In this document: positions 33,167 through 34,714 of the stretch, one piece after another
Numbering within the stretch: position 1 is the first letter of the stretch
Layout of the letters: each line of letters begins with the position of its first letter
Assembly: GCA_020536535.1 (NCBI GenBank)
Contig: JAHLWZ010000976.1
Coordinates: 1-34,714 of the forward strand
From: Pelomyxa schiedti
Lineage: Eukaryota; Protista; Evosea
Length of the DNA stretch: 34,714 nucleotides
Direction: 5' to 3'
Translations under genes and position numbers: made by a program
The notes under the pieces: generated by a model
Seen by the model: the letters and a program-made list of their open reading frames with translations, nothing else
Database searches by the model: none
Told to the model about the DNA's origin: nothing

Positions 33167-34714
33167 ATGTTCATCGGCAACGGTGCCGAGCCAGATCCAA
33201 GGTAGTTTATTCCCCACCCCCCCTTCTTCTTCTTCTTCTTCTTCTTCTTCGTCGTCGTCGTGCCTTGGTGTTGTTGTTGTTGTTGTTGTTGTTGTGATAC
33301 GTCTCCCATGATAATGAATGGCGGCCTAACTGGGGTTTTTTTCTCGCAGGGCACAGCGCCCACGCATCATCACGTGGCCAGATGGGTCAGTCAGGCTGCC
33401 CCGAGGCCAGTCGCGCTACACCGGTGTCCAGCCCACTCCCATTCCCGTCACGACCACGACCAGCCAGCAGTGTCTATCTCAATCTCCGTATCAGCAGCAG
33501 CAGCAGCCGCCGATGCACCGACCCCAGCCTCAGCCTCAACCTCAACCTCAACCTCAACCTCAACCTCAACCTCAACCTCAACCTAACCTCAGGGGGCGCC
33601 TGTTGTTGACCCGCGATACTCGCACGCGTACCCGCCCGTGCTGACGCCCATGGACGCGCAGTTGGCCGAGATGGAGGCGATGCGGGAGTACGAGAGGATG
33701 ATGAACCCGATGGCCGCGACCGAGGATCCGAGGCCGGGGCCGACGTTCTGGGAGTTGTTGGGCGACGCGGCCTGGGGTGTGATTTGTGCGATGAGGAGGC
33801 GTGCCAGGATCTGGCTGGGACTGAGGCAGAAGGTGCCACCACCGATCCCCAAGTGCCGAATCGGGATTACTCCGACTCCGACTCCACTTCGTCCCCAAAC
33901 AACAACAACAACGGTATTGTTGGTTGTTTATTGTGTGGGTGTTGAGTGTGTGTGTGCCGTTGGTTTGTTTTTTTTTCCGTTTGAACGTGTTTTTGATTTT
34001 GATTTTCTTTTTTCGCTGATGTCAACTCAACCAACCTCCTCAGTTTCATCAATGGCAGACTCAACCTCAGCAGTCCTCTGATGGATTTGGACGTTGCGGT
34101 TATACAACTCCCCCGTGGAACTCCAATCTCCGTCAGGAAGAAACCTCAGGGTAGGTTTTTTTTTCTTCCGTTCGAACAGTAGTATCTAATATCTCGACCC
34201 AGAGCACAGCCGCATTACAACTACAACTACTTCTACGGACAACAGCACCAAGGATATGCTGCGGACCCCGCTGGCCAAAACGACCAACATCAACACCCAC
34301 AACAACAAGTCTCCTCCGTCAACAACAACAGTTGGATGAACACCCCTGCTTCGCCCTCGTGCTCCTCGTTGTATTCTTCTTCTTCTTCTTCTTCTTCTTA
34401 TGGTTGTGACTGGAACTGCACCGCGACCAACACCACCACCACCACCACCACCAACAGCAGCAGCAGCGGCAGCATCCCTCGGCCACCACGTGCACCCCGA
34501 GGGTGGGACCAGTGGAAGACCGACCCCCCCGTGGTTCCCATCATCCCACGGCAAGTACCGTGCACGCCCCTGCTGCCTCCGGAGAAGGAGCCGAGGCGGG
34601 GCGAGTGGATCAAGCCCAAGCAGGTGGAGGTGCTGCGGCAGTTCCCGCCGGACCCCCCGCCGCTCGAGTCGCCGTTCCTGCGCGCCCGTCGCGAGGCGTG
34701 GCTGGCGTCGCTGC
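33167..34714 (+). pseudogene. Second copy of the orphan gene with a 1-bp frameshift in the (CCTCAA)n Gln-Pro repeat (pseudogene or sequence error), 3'-partial
   Basis: Same exon structure as the left copy. At 33581-33590 CCTAACCTCAG replaces CCTCAACCTCAG, shifting the frame to NLRGRLLLTRDTRTRTRPC-stop. Confidence 0.55.
33523..33590 (+). repeat. (CCTCAA)n hexamer microsatellite encoding Gln-Pro, longer than in the left copy (1148-1175)
   Basis: Direct tandem CCTCAG/CCTCAA units visible. Confidence 0.9.

Larger units (their letters stand above)
32733..34714. repeat. Right arm of ~2 kb inverted repeat
   Basis: Reverse complement of 1-2021. The ORF track shows mirrored translations (e.g. 1734..1970(-) equals 32784..33020(+)). 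Confidence 0.97.

Noticed and set aside
33523-33590. (TTGAGG)n/(CCTCAA)n as telomeric repeat
   Set aside because: Internal, short and in frame as a Gln-Pro tract of the repeat gene.
1-34714. Polinton/Maverick, virophage, giant virus or linear plasmid suggested by terminal inverted repeats
   Set aside because: No pPolB, integrase, packaging ATPase or capsid; the content is intron-rich cellular genes and the ends fall mid-ORF.

Overview
Compact, intron-rich eukaryotic (protist-like) genomic segment using the standard code and many short (~35-60 nt) GT-AG introns. The host cannot be identified from the sequence; an amoebozoan/archamoeba-like protist is an untested guess. A ~30.7 kb unique core carries 14 tightly packed protein genes: pescadillo, a HAS1-like DEAD-box helicase, a family-16 methyltransferase, a bacterial-type sirtuin, a receptor adenylate cyclase, a kexin-like protease, a USP-like peptidase fused to two CBM48 modules, a CUE-PX protein, HDAC3, a TRIM-like RING/B-box protein, a GH13 amylase with an inserted CBM, a C39-like peptidase, a secreted ComEC-like metallo-beta-lactamase and a WW/BC-box/LRR protein. 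The core is bracketed by ~2 kb diverged inverted repeats (1-2021 and 32733-34714) that reach both window ends. Each repeat holds an outward-pointing low-complexity orphan gene and, at its inner edge, a ~240-nt hairpin-rich candidate ncRNA with a closing stem, a T-run and a conserved upstream motif. No transposase, integrase, viral or CRISPR features were seen. All gene models were spliced by eye, so exon and terminal coordinates are approximate.
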